Positions 1 through 12,639 of a DNA stretch of 64,000 nt are shown here, piece after piece; positions within the stretch are counted from its first letter, which is position 1, and each line of letters starts with the position of its first letter. The notes under the pieces are model-generated. The model saw nothing but the letters and a program-made list of their open reading frames with translations. It searched no databases and was not told the DNA's origin. Both the position numbers and the translations under genes were made by a program. Source of the DNA: Polymyxa betae A26-41 (taxonomy: Eukaryota; Protista; Endomyxa: Phytomyxea); assembly GCA_003693705.1 (NCBI GenBank), contig RBZT01000706.1, positions 1 through 64,000 on the forward strand. The letters run 5' to 3'.

Positions 1-510
1 ATTCTTACTCTTTAAAATCATTTCTTTATTAATCCGCTCATTCTTGATTTTTAGGCGAAAATGGCGAAACATCGGCGGGCGATGTCTGTGCGCTATTCGA
101 GACCATGGAGGCGTTCTCGTTGAGTGTTCGGTGCTGGATTTCATGAGTATCCGTTGATGCTGTCATCATCATTATAATTTTCGTGTTTTAGGTGCTATCT
201 CTCTAACAAGACAAGATGGAGGTGCCGATGTTCGTGAATATGGTCGTCAAGGTCAAGAATATCAATGGGCACTGCGTATAGGTGCCCATTTGTCATTTTT
301 CACTTTTTTCAGATGGGGAAACCTCTGCTGTTTTTGTTTTTAATAAATCACAAAATGTATATAATTGACTTGGCAATCCTTACGATAGACATATATGTAT
401 ATATAGGTCAGGTGGGAGACTTATGCGCTATTACTATGAAGGTCTTGAGTGCAATTCTGTTTGTTTTTTTTTTTACGTTATTGGGGTTGATTTGTTTTTG
501 CTTTTCCAAA

Positions 511-918
511 TCAAACCCTAAACCCATCATGTATATCATTTAATATTTTTATCAGAATATCTACTGACTGAATATGTCTTTCGTTGTTATCCTCTATATT
601 TTTCTGACAACGAATATTTATATCATTGAAACGTTCAATGCTACATTCGTTTCCTTCAATAATATTCATATTTTCAACAACAACTTTATCTATGCCAGTG
701 TCTTTAAAAACACGTGATGCTATTCCCATTATAAAACTATGATATTCCCATTTAAAATATAATTTACTATTCCATCTATTAATATAATTACCAAATTTAT
801 CGTCAAATCTGTAAAATCCAGTTTTATATACTCCTACACCATCAATACTAAAACCAACAGTACCGACGCATTTATCAATACTTTCATCATTGTATTTTAA
901 TCTTATTTTTCCAATCAT
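511..918 (-). CDS. Intronless AT-rich hypothetical protein (135 aa) in a foreign-looking island
   Basis: Open 135-codon ORF with strongly A/T-ending codons, unlike host genes. Leader reads GAGGA-TTTATTTTA-ATG. Confidence 0.55.
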   Translation of the reverse strand: MIGKIRLKYNDESIDKCVGTVGFSIDGVGVYKTGFYRFDDKFGNYINRWNSKLYFKWEYHSFIMGIASRVFKDTGIDKVVVENMNIIEGNECSIERFNDINIRCQKNIEDNNERHIQSVDILIKILNDIHDGFRV

Positions 919-1022
919 TAAAATAAATCCTCATTATTATTTTCAGTTTTTTTCGTATTTTTTTGAAACATCGTTTTTCATATTTCTTTTCTGTTTTTTC
1001 AGTTCTCAAATTACTCTCAAAA

Positions 1023-1142
1023 TTAAAAAACTGGCATCATAACTTGAATTCCATTTATTGGTTTAATTAATTTCAGTGGATTGTCTTTATCAGTAATAAG
1101 TTCAACATCTTTATCATCATATAAATATTTTACAGAATACAT
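1023..1142 (-). CDS. Small AT-rich ORF (39 aa, MYSVKYLYDDKDVELITDKDNPLKLIKPINGIQVMMPVF)
   Basis: Hand-translated. Carries the same upstream leader (GAAAATAATAATGAGGATTTATTTTA) as ORF 511..918. Confidence 0.4.
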   Translation of the reverse strand: MYSVKYLYDDKDVELITDKDNPLKLIKPINGIQVMMPVF

Positions 1143-1264
1143 TATTAAAATAAATCCTCATTATTATTTTCATCATTTTCCCCATTTATATTTCAATATT
1201 TACCCCCAATTTATTTCTGTTTTCATTTCAAGTTGTCGGCGGGTTTTATTCTTATTATATTTCC

Positions 1265-1680
1265 ATGAAAAGGTGGAAGCAAAATGAAAAAGGTGGAAGC
1301 ACCGCATTAAAACATCCACCAACTTTTTTACATATTTTATTTTTAGATTTCAAAATTATTAAAAATATAGTGTTTTTAGTGTTTTTTGTATGGAATATAC
1401 ACGTTTTTACCTATTTCTTAATAAATATAATATTCAAGGTTATAAGGTCTTTTAATGCGTGGAGGCGTGGAGGCAGTGCAGGCAAAATTTCGGCAAAAAA
1501 CCTTTTCTCCTTTTTCTGAAAAAAAAATAATTTCAATTTTTCTTGGATAATGAAAACTGAATTAACAAGAGAATTTGCCTCCACATCGTCCATTTGCCTC
1601 CACACCTCCACATATTAATAATTTTTTTTCAGAAAACAGAAACTGAAAAAAACAAGGGGGATTGCCTCCACCCTTCCACC
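1265..1680. repeat. Cluster of direct and inverted GTGGA(A/G)GC motifs in an AT-rich spacer (iteron-like)
   Basis: GGTGGAAGC at 1272 and 1292; GTGGAGGCGTGGAGGC at ~1459; inverted TGCCTCCAC at ~1575, ~1595 and ~1663. Confidence 0.65.
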
Positions 1681-1780
1681 GCAGATTTAGTTGCGCGCAG
1701 TTATATGCGGATTGATTGCGGATTAATATGCGTGATTGATTACGGATTAATACTTAATATCATTACGGATAAATCGCCCC

Positions 1781-1903
1781 TGACTTGAATACCACCCATC
1801 CCACAATGATATTATTGAAATTGAATACCACCCATCCCACAATGATATTATTGAAATTTTTTTTTTCAATAATATCATTGTGGGATGGGTGGTATTCAAG
1901 TCA
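1781..1903. repeat. Perfect 40-bp inverted repeat with tandem duplication of the left arm
   Basis: TGACTTGAATACCACCCATCCCACAATGATATTATTGAAA (1781-1820), a 36-nt second copy (1821-1856), a T-run, then the exact reverse complement (1864-1903). Confidence 0.95.
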
Positions 1904-2049
1904 CGTTTTTGTGACTCGTATAGTCCGATTGTGTGCCTATATATGTGAATCATATTCATTGTGACTTATGCGCGATTGTACTGTTGAAGATCCAATATTG
2001 ATATATCTTCCTTGGTGAACAATGCAGGCGCGAGCACTTTGGGTTTATC

Positions 2050-3080
2050 CCCAATGCAAGGTAGCATGCACTGATGCACATGTCTTCCTTTGGGTGGCAG
2101 AAACCGATAGGAACCGAAGCGACACGTTCGCCGAAAGCACCTGAATTCCTTTTATCTTAAAAAAGTATGCACCGTTGATATAGACGTTTTTGCCCAAGCT
2201 GGTCGATCTGCCATGCTATTCATCAAAATAACTTTAATCTGTCAATCTGTCAGCAATGGTAGATTGTATATCTATCCAGCACCTTGATAAGCCTGGAACG
2301 AGACGAATCAAAGATTACGAGCCATCTCTTGTTAATCATATTGATCTCAGATGCGATCAATTTTAAGAAGGCCTGACTCGAGAAGTATGAGCAAGAGGTC
2401 ATGAGCACTGATGAAGTTTTGCATCTTGCTGCAGGAGGCAAAGTCAGATGCGAAAACAAATGTGGCCAATCCTTGCACCATCATAGCAATATGTGACAAT
2501 GCAATCACCATGTTCTCAATACCTGCATTTTGGTATGCTGTCCATTTCTACAGGTTTAAAACGCCATAATTGCCACCTAAACCACACTCTTGCATTGGCA
2601 CCTCTGCTTTATGGAATGGAGCATCGAAGTCGTAGAAGAGATCGCCTTGCATCCAGTCATTCATTAACTCTTTTTTTGCGCCTTGTGTCATGGTTGTGCT
2701 GGACAAGCTGACAAATGTTCAGGTATCCTTCCCAGAACAAGTTTGCCATCGAAGGGAATGAGAATCGGATCTGAGAACAGCTGAGAATAGCTTTCAATCT
2801 GGCAACAAAATTACCTGAAGGTCATATGATATTGGCCAGTACGGAAATGTTTTTGAATCTTTCCTTTCGCTGAGAAAAATTTCAGGGCATCTATCTTCAT
2901 TCTCCAGCTCTTGTGCATAGATATAAAGCCCGTTTGGGCAAGACTCCAATGGTATGGGTTTAAGAGTCAAGAAATGGTCGCGTAGTATAATACGCTTGGC
3001 TTCTTTCCAGCTTGACGGAAACTGTTTTTAAATCGGGATCGGATTCCCTGCTGCATGGCCCAGCTTTGTCGACATTTCAT
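2050..3080 (-). pseudogene. Decayed CACTA/EnSpm (Transposase_21-like) transposase
   Basis: Frameshifted minus-strand fragments in the expected order: FPSSWKEAKRII..ESCPNGLYIY..NEDRCPE, TFPYWPI, ARLKAI, YCYDGAR, LTLPPAARCK, FLKLIASEIN, KVILMNSMADRPAWAK, YRFLPPKGRH. Confidence 0.7.
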
Positions 3081-3564
3081 GTAAGTGAAGGCTGAGCAAC
3101 TCCTCAAGAATTTTTGCTGTTGATACTAGAGCGGAATCACTGGTTGGCGAATTTTCATAATCTTGCTCTTGATTTTCTGCAAATGACCAATGCTGTCGAG
3201 TCCTAGCTCGTGTAACTGGTTGGCGTGAATATCCGGCAGCGTCTGCAGCATCGCTCTTACATCCTCCATGGAGTTGAGTATTTCACGCTCGAACTTGAAA
3301 AGTACATCAGTGGTCGGATCAACATACCGAGCTTCAGAAGTCACGTCTGAATCTGAGGCAGCAGAGGTCTAGTTTCATAAAATTATATGTGTGATGTAGA
3401 TAAATTTTCAGGACCGCTGGTCCAACTGGACAGAAAAACGTCCGTCGCTCTCTATTGATGGAACGGATTTCATCAGCGCAGGTGATTTCTCTCAAAAAAT
3501 TTGCCATGCGGGTCTGCGTTATGAAATTGGTCTCGCATTGGGATGCTCCAAGATCGTTCATATA

Positions 3565-3705
3565 GCAGGTGGGTATATCGCCGGCACATGGTCCGATCTC
3601 AAAATCGCACGAGAATGTCTGGTTCCTCGGTTAAGCGAAGGTGAGCAAGCCGCAGCCGATTTAGGATATCAAGATGGAGATCAATATTTTTAACACCGTT
3701 TAAAT
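3565..3705 (+). pseudogene. PIF/Harbinger (DDE_Tnp_4-like) transposase relic, 5' part
   Basis: GGYIAGTWSDLKIARECLVPRLSEGEQAAADLGYQDG..TPFK, containing the D and ADxGY motifs. Confidence 0.65.
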
Positions 3706-4614
3706 CAGGCCTCCTTAAATACGGATTTTTCCTTATATTCCGTATTTTACTAATATACGGCACCGGCTCAGATCCAAATACGGAACATACGGATCTTTAT
3801 TAGAAAAGGCTTTATTTCCAGGCAATTGCTTCAGCAATGACCGAATCTATCGGCAATGTAAAACGCCCTCCAATGAAAACGGCGTTATTGCTGATCTATG
3901 GATGTCTTTTCCCACTTAATGACAGAAAAGTCGCTTTATACCGTAGTAGTATTGGGAAAAAATCAGCTCTGGAAAATTGTTCTTCAGGCCAGGAGTCTGT
4001 CCAAGCCTCGCAAACTAGACTCGGTCCTAACTGAATGGCGCAACTCAAAGCTTTCGTCTGTGCGATATCTCGCGGATTCAATGACAATCAGCTGAGAGAA
4101 CGACAAGGCTAGTCTTGGTCGCTGGTGGTGTTGTTAACATCATCGCGTAAGGCGTCAACCGATCTGAGACCATCAACAATTGTGAGAGAATAATTTGCCC
4201 GGATGGTGAAGACGCCTTGATCACTGATTAGTCCAATCAAATAGCTCTTACTGACCTGCCTGTTCTTCTTAACGTCGAAGCCTTCACTTGACTCTTGGGC
4301 TGCTTCTTCCGGAATGCGTTCAACAAACGCGAATCGCTGTAAAGTAGTAACTTGTTCTTGTACCGCCGATTTTTTGCTGCTGAAGTGTGATCCTTCGCCC
4401 TTGTAAGCTTAAAACGCACTCCCGGGCATGGTTAGATAATTCTCATGACAACTGCAATTACGATCCACCAGCTTGGCGCCGGAAGTTTTTGCAAAAAATT
4501 ATTTTCTTTTTTCAAAACAAAAGAAAATTTTCAATAAAAATATTACGAAATACGGAATTTCCTAGGAGAGAAATACGGATTCTATTTATAGATTTCCGTA
4601 GTTTAGGAGGCCTG
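3706..4614. mobile_element. Non-autonomous TIR DNA transposon (hAT-like), 909 bp
   Basis: Imperfect TIRs: CAGGCCTCCTTAAATACGGA and the reverse complement of TCCGTAGTTTAGGAGGCCTG. Many subterminal TACGG/CCGTA repeats at both ends. It interrupts the Harbinger reading frame. Confidence 0.7.
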
Positions 4615-4770
4615 GTTGACAGAAGTACAGAAAAATTTCAACGAAACCGTTAACAAACGGTCCAAACATTTCCAGACAGCCGGGCTCGGCATATTCTGTA
4701 CTTTACTGGTGTTGCCATGCTGATTCAGCTCTCTCTGAAATGCGAGCCTTTGTTTGACGTCAAATCTCGT
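4615..4770 (+). pseudogene. PIF/Harbinger transposase relic, 3' part
   Basis: LTEVQKNFN-ETVNKR..RHIL.FTGVAMLIQLSLKCEPLFDV continues the 5' fragment after the insertion. Confidence 0.6.
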
Positions 4771-5362
4771 CTTAGTTAAACAATCAAAAACGGATTTGTT
4801 GAAGTAAACCGCCTCAGAATTCGGATAACACTGTGCAATTTATTCGAACATGATAGACGAGGTCGTTTTGGAAATTGAATTTGCAAACATGGCGTTTACC
4901 GTAGCTTCCAGACAGACAGTTAAATTACCGCTGCACAGTTACGCAGATTCTCCTGGCTCCCAAATAACCGCCACCGGTGGCTCTAAATTACCCACTTTTA
5001 AACACGAGCAAAAGAGGTCTCTTTTTATTTTAGACCAGTTTCTAACTTGGACCCACGTTTTAAAGGCCGCCTGTCGTGACCTCCATACTTGTGCATATTC
5101 AGAACATTGAACGACCGGAACGAACCAAGACTGTAGCATGACTGAAGCCCGAGAAACAGCAGAGTCGACGTAATAAAGAATAAAAAAAGTTCAACTGATT
5201 GATGCATTTCAAGGCTACGCAAGCTGATAATCTACATCTTGGAAGCCTTCACGGCGAATAAGATATTAAATCGGAGTTCATCTCGAAAAAAAAATAAAGA
5301 AAAAAATGAGCGGAGTCCGCACGACAATCTTGAGGGCCGTGGCTTAACACGATTACACGAAC

Positions 5363-7447
5363 ATGTTCCTATCGCGATGTTTTGGTCGCCTGCAGCCAAT
5401 GGGATGCAGAAGCCGCCTTCTACGACCAATGAATGGTAGCACGCTGGCCGCCGATGCTGCGCTGAATCTCAAGCCATCAACGATCCCATCTATCAGCATT
5501 CAGTCTTCTTCCAATGCTGTCTCTAATTGTGCTCGGTTTCTTTGCGTTTTACAAAAGTTTTCGCTAAACAAGTTTAAAAAAAATTTCAACCTTTGCTTTG
5601 TGCTTTCTATCTGTGCAAACTTTTCCTGCCGATTCCCATCAATGTTTAAGCTATTGCCGCACAGCTCTCTTGTTGGCTCTTCCATCTAACTATCACAATC
5701 AGGGTTGTTTGCGTGTTCGGGCCTGGTTTTCGGTATGGTCGTACTGGGCGGCGTCACCAGGTATGCGATCCCTTCGGATTCGTTTTTTTGGCTCTGACTG
5801 TTTACTGCAGACTGACGAAATCTGGTCTTTCCATGGTATCATTGAAAGCCAGATTCCGCCATTCGTTGTACTGAATCATCTGTGTCAAAGGTTGATTGGA
5901 AGATCCAAGGTGGACTCCCACCAATGTCTCCGGAATCCTGGCAACACGAATTCGACAAATACAAACAGTTCCCTGAATACAAAAAGTACGGCGGCCTTTG
6001 GGTTGAAATCGCCTCTTTATCATCCTGTTGCATCTTCGACCTTCAAACTTAATTATTCGAATTTCTTTCTTTTTCAACGATCAAAGTGTTCAGCCGATTT
6101 TTTTCGGAGTCTCGTTTTTCCCTTCGTTTCAATGCAGTGTTACTTCGAGATTCTTCTTACCCGATGATTACAGGGCTCGTTGTGGAATGACTCTTGAAGA
6201 ATTCCAATCCATCTACTATTACGAATGGGGTCATCGTATGCTGGGGCGGGTTCTCGGCGTCGCCTTCGCTGCCCCTTTCGCCTGGTTCGCCTGGCGTGGC
6301 GCTCTCAGCCGTCCCTTGACCCTGAAACTCACCGGTCTGCTGGGTTTTGGTGGCCTTCAGGGTCTCGTTGGCTGGTGAGAAAAATTCTTTCAATTTCCTC
6401 GCAATTTAAATCGAATGCCGAAGCTGATAGGGTGTCTAACACGTCTTAATCAGGTGGATGGTGAAATCGGGTCTCGAAGAGCAGCCTGAAGAGTTCGGCG
6501 AGCCTCGTGTGAGTCCATATCGTCTGGCGACCCATCTGATCTCAGCATTCGCTCTGTACGGCGGGCTGATTCACACCGCCATCGGTGAACGACGCTCCTG
6601 GAATCCGGTGCTCGTCCCGAGACGGGTTCGTAGCGCCGCCATGGGCGTCGTCCATCTCGCTGTAGCGACAGCCATGTCGGGGGCCTTTGTAAGTCTTCCA
6701 GCCCTTCCTATTTGTTGATGGTTTCATATTGTTTGAGAGGTTTCTGGCTGAAAACCTTTTCGGAAAAGTTTGGACGTAACATTATTTTTGAACTTTTTTC
6801 TGGTTGAAAACATTTCGATGTAACGTTATGGGAAAAAATTTCAATGTAACATTACAGTAGGTAGCTGGAAATCGAGCTGGTCTGGTCTATAACGAATGGC
6901 CTTTAATGGGGAATGGTTTCATACCGGATGATCTCTCTCTACCACATCTAACAGAGTCTCCATGGCGTAACTGTTTCGAGGTCTGTCTTTCACCAAGCTC
7001 GCTTTCAACCTCTCTCTCTGCCTTTCTGAAGCTTTCGCTTTTCGTTCGTTTAACAAAATTTGAGATTTTCAGCATTTCCGCCTTTCACTTTTCGTTCGAT
7101 TTCTTCCAACAAAGTTTTAGATTCTCTGCATTTCCGCTCTTTCGAAGAACGCCTCCTGAATCGATCAACAGAACATGTCGTTGGTCCAATTCGAACACCG
7201 GACGCTGGCGTACGCGACGCTCCTGTCCGCCGGCCTGCTCTGGATCGCTGCCCGTCGCCCGCACGTACCGGTCCTGGCCCGACGTGGCGCCAACCTCGTG
7301 ACCGGGACGGCGTTAGCACAAGCCTCGTTGGGTATCGCGACGCTGCTGACTCATGTGCCTGTGGAATTAGCGACGATGCATCAGGCCGGATCTCTGGCTT
7401 TATTAACGTCTACTATCTGGCTATTACGACATATTCGCATCAAATAG
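5363..7447 (+). CDS. COX15: Heme A synthase (cytochrome c oxidase assembly protein COX15), multi-exon
   Basis: [75 protein letters not shown], plus a mitochondrial presequence-like N-terminus. Confidence 0.95.
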
Positions 7448-7623
7448 GTTAAAACGCCTTCGCTCTCGGCTTCGCCAAATTCGACGCCTTTGGCGTTTTT
7501 TCCCGATCTTGAAACAGAACGATGAGAAGTTCGAATCGGAATAACACAGACAAAAGTTCTGCCCTTTGATGAGCTCGGACTGCCACGATCCAGGCTTCGT
7601 TTGTGAGCGAATTTCCTCGTTTG

Positions 7624-7642
7624 GGGTTAGGGTTTAGGGTTT
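7624..7642 (+). promoter_or_regulatory. Interstitial telomere-like repeat (telo-box-like) upstream of DIM1
   Basis: GGGTTAGGGTTTAGGGTTT about 125-140 nt before the DIM1 ATG. Confidence 0.4.
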
Positions 7643-7764
7643 CGATCAGACCGCAACTGCGCTGGCGGACTTGCCCGGGTATTGGATCGGGTCGCCAGCC
7701 TCGATCTCGAAATCGCTCGACGACGACGACCGGTATCGGGCGAGTATTCCGCGCTGCCGTCGCC

Positions 7765-9436
<1,672 letters not shown>

Positions 9437-9499
9437 TATACATTCTATTACTGCTGATGCGTGATGTCACCCCATATTTGTGCGAATCGTGAACAAAAT

Positions 9500-10760
9500 T
9501 GGCTTTTGAAACCATCTACGTTTTTCAACTTTTTGTTCGTCTTTCTACTCTCGTAATCAAGGCTGTGCTGCCAAGTTTAACATTGAGCAAGGCAACCTCG
9601 TGGCTTCCCAATCTTTAACGTCTTATAAGTCAGCGCCGTTCATTGTGTATATGCAGTCGTAGTCTTTGCCGATCGCTGAATAGAAGAAATCAGCTTCCTC
9701 ATACGATTCGCAATCGATTATAGTGGGCTCGATAACGTACGCGCAAATCTCGGGTCGTTGACGAGCTGCAGGCGGTTGCTGGATTTCGGCACTCCTCAGC
9801 CTTCAGCTTTTAAAAGGTCCAATCGCAGAAGAAAAGAAACGATTTTCTGCTGAAAGCATTCCGCAAAGTAGGATATCACCATTTAGAGCGAAAATGGCAG
9901 GCCCAGGATTCGGTGATCAAATAACGCAGGGCGTTTGTGAATTTATAGAGCTCAAGCGACATATCTGGAATTTCTAAGGACAACAGCGAACCTTGATCGA
10001 AAAAAGCCATCAAAGTTCTCTCATACAGTTGACCATTGATGCAGTGATAACCGGATTCTGCGTTGCGGGTCAAATTTGGATCGAATCGTCCGTTGTTTGC
10101 AGATTGCGCTTCCGCGTCCCTAAATCCGTTTGCGGTTCGGCGTCGCCCGTTTCGGGTCATTGGTTTCCTCATTTGCCTTTAAGAAAACTGCTATACATCG
10201 GTTTACCATGCTTTCACGCGCGCCTTTACTTTCATTCAGCATCGCTCTTCTGCTTCATGGGGCCTTTTCAGCTGTAATGCTACTTGAAATCCCAACTTTC
10301 GAATGTTTACAATTTTACAGTTTTCGGAGATCGACATTGAGGATAATAGCCTGCCATGTACAAGTTTCGATATCGCTCTTGACAACTCTTTCTTGAACCC
10401 GCAAACCCATCCTGACGAACTTGCACGCCGTCAACGTCTATCGCCAAATGAATCTAATAATCTGCTCGATAAACTCTTTGGTAAATTCATTCATGGTGTT
10501 CTAATCGCATTTAAACAGGCAGAGGTTGATATCATGAAGACGTTTCGATCTGGAATTTAACTTTGTATAATTTAGGTTCAGACACGTGCTGTCGAGCTGA
10601 CAGAGAGGAAGGCTTTTAAGACCAACGGGGCCGGGTCGGTGAACAGGCAGCAGAAACCGAGCAGGCTGGGGGCGGTCGATCAGGCCTGGAGTCGTTTCCT
10701 CTCTTCGCTCAAAGACAAAATTCCAGAGCAAGAATTCAAGAACAACCAGGAGAACATTCT
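9500..10760 (-). other. Possible spliced hypothetical gene or relic
   Basis: Several minus-strand ORF fragments (10501..10731, 9876..10172) with protein-like composition and no recognised motif. Confidence 0.25.
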
Positions 10761-11175
10761 ATTTGTACAGTACATGTAATCCTGTAATCCTGATAAGCTT
10801 GGATTGGATTTGTAATTACAATTGTCTAAATCGGTGAAGGCAGAAGTTACGTCCGCTGCATTGACGTATTGTCAGTGTTAACGTTCAGGCTTGAGATTCG
10901 TTTTTGTCTGATTCTTGATTATCCTTGATCAACATTGAAATTTAGCCGATGATGGAGACGCTGCAGCATTGAAAGAAACTGTTCTAAGGAGCCCGAATCC
11001 CAACTTGATGGTAACAGTCAATCTTAGTGATTTTCTGTTTCCTTTAAACTACTCAAGACGTTGGAAATATGGCTCAGTCCAATAACGATGTCTGCCTCTG
11101 AACTTCAAAGCTAAAGCGTTGAGGCAACGCACTAGAACATTGCAAATAGATAACTATGAATTAAATCATTTGAAG

Positions 11176-12439
11176 TTAAATTATGATGGGCGGTGCCCAT
11201 ATACTGGAAGATATACTGAGTGGAAGAGCTGGGCATGGCCAGATATCGTCATGACCGCATTGATCAGATTTGAAGCTGACCACCTAACGAAGATGCAATC
11301 AGAAAACACCACTAAAACAGCTGGGTTTACGAAAGCCTCGACATACTTCAAACATTCGTCGCTCGTCATTAACGTGAAAGCATGTATCCGCTATAAACGC
11401 TTTGGCCTTTCGGAGCGTCGAATCCGCGCCACGATGTTGCAGTAAATTATATCGGAACGTGACGACAGGTCGGTCTTGCTTATAATTGGCGCTAAGCAAG
11501 TTGAAATACTTGAAAATTCCCAATAGCAAACGGATCTTACGATTGCTCCGTTTCTCCAGCAAGCCATTCGATTATCAAATGGTCTGGTGGGCGCCTTGTT
11601 AGATGCTCATTAAGATAGGAACCAAACTCCTTCAAATCCTTTCGTTTCAGGATAATCCCATTCATTCCTTCACCGAAAAGGAGTCCGATCCAGTCAGGAA
11701 AGTGCCTAATTAACATACAAATGAGAATTGCCAACAGACATTTTTCGCTCGATGAGACAAACCTATTTGCTTTTTCAATCAAATGAATGATTGCATTCAA
11801 TCCATCTGCGCATAGGGAGAAGTCATCTTCCATGAATAAAATGTAACTCGGCTTTAGATTCGTGCGAGCAAACTCCAACATGAAAACAAGGTCACGAGAA
11901 TGCCTTTGAACTTTCCAGGAAGGATTTTTGTCGCCACCAATATCAGCTCCAGGTGGCTCCTTCTCCTTTAACCGACCTGAATTCTCTACAAAAATAAACT
12001 CGGGCCTATTCTTGAACCGATCTTTTGCTGAATAAAATCCTGGATGCGCTTCCGAATTCTAAGCGGCAGTTAGTGACTGAGAAATATGAGAAGTCTTCAA
12101 AATGCTTTCTTTAACAATCATAGCAGCAACTTGTAGCTGATTATCTGAAGAGATCTGGCTGGCGATCTGGTCTAATGTTGGACTGAGCTCATCGGTGCGC
12201 CTGTGGATCGTCGGTATTGCAAATAGAAGCCAGGGTTGAATTTTTTCAGGTGAAGAACTGATTTCAAAAACTACAGATTCCTCTGAAAGCGTGACGTGAT
12301 TGGCCAGCAAAGACGTTGGTTCTCTGCCCATTGCAACCAGCAAAACGACAGTCACCAAGAACGTGCATAGAATCAGGACATAAAACAGTATCTGGAGTCG
12401 AACCAGAGGCGGTCGTTGCCGACCCTCGCTCCCAATCAT
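11176..12439 (-). CDS. Type II membrane glycosyltransferase, MGAT4/GT54-like
   Basis: N-terminal TM anchor; WLLFAIPTIHR, YILFMEDDFSLC, GMNGIIL, RRPPDHLIIEW, FRYNLLQH, and a terminal exon with CGHDDIWPC. Confidence 0.7.
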
Positions 12440-12639
12440 TGCTGATGAAGACTTGAACTAGAATGGCATTCTAATCGACAATGAAAAACCGGGGGGACCC
12501 AATCCTACCCCATTCATCCAGCTCATCATTCAGCTAAGAGCTGCTAATGTTACGAAACTTCAGCACTGGCTAAATGAAATGTTATACCGTATTTGGAAAA
12601 AAAATACAAAAAGTTCGAGATATATTTGAAATAGATAAG

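Noticed and set aside
55-271. Possible 3' exons of a gene entering from the left edge
   Set aside because: Splice-like signals are present but the reading frame is ambiguous and no homology was recognised.
1781-1903. 36-nt repeats as a CRISPR array
   Set aside because: The copies are adjacent with no spacers, the third is inverted, there are no cas genes and the context is eukaryotic.
3126-3561. Two short minus-strand ORFs between the transposon relics
   Set aside because: No recognisable motif; probably transposon remnants, so no gene call is supported.
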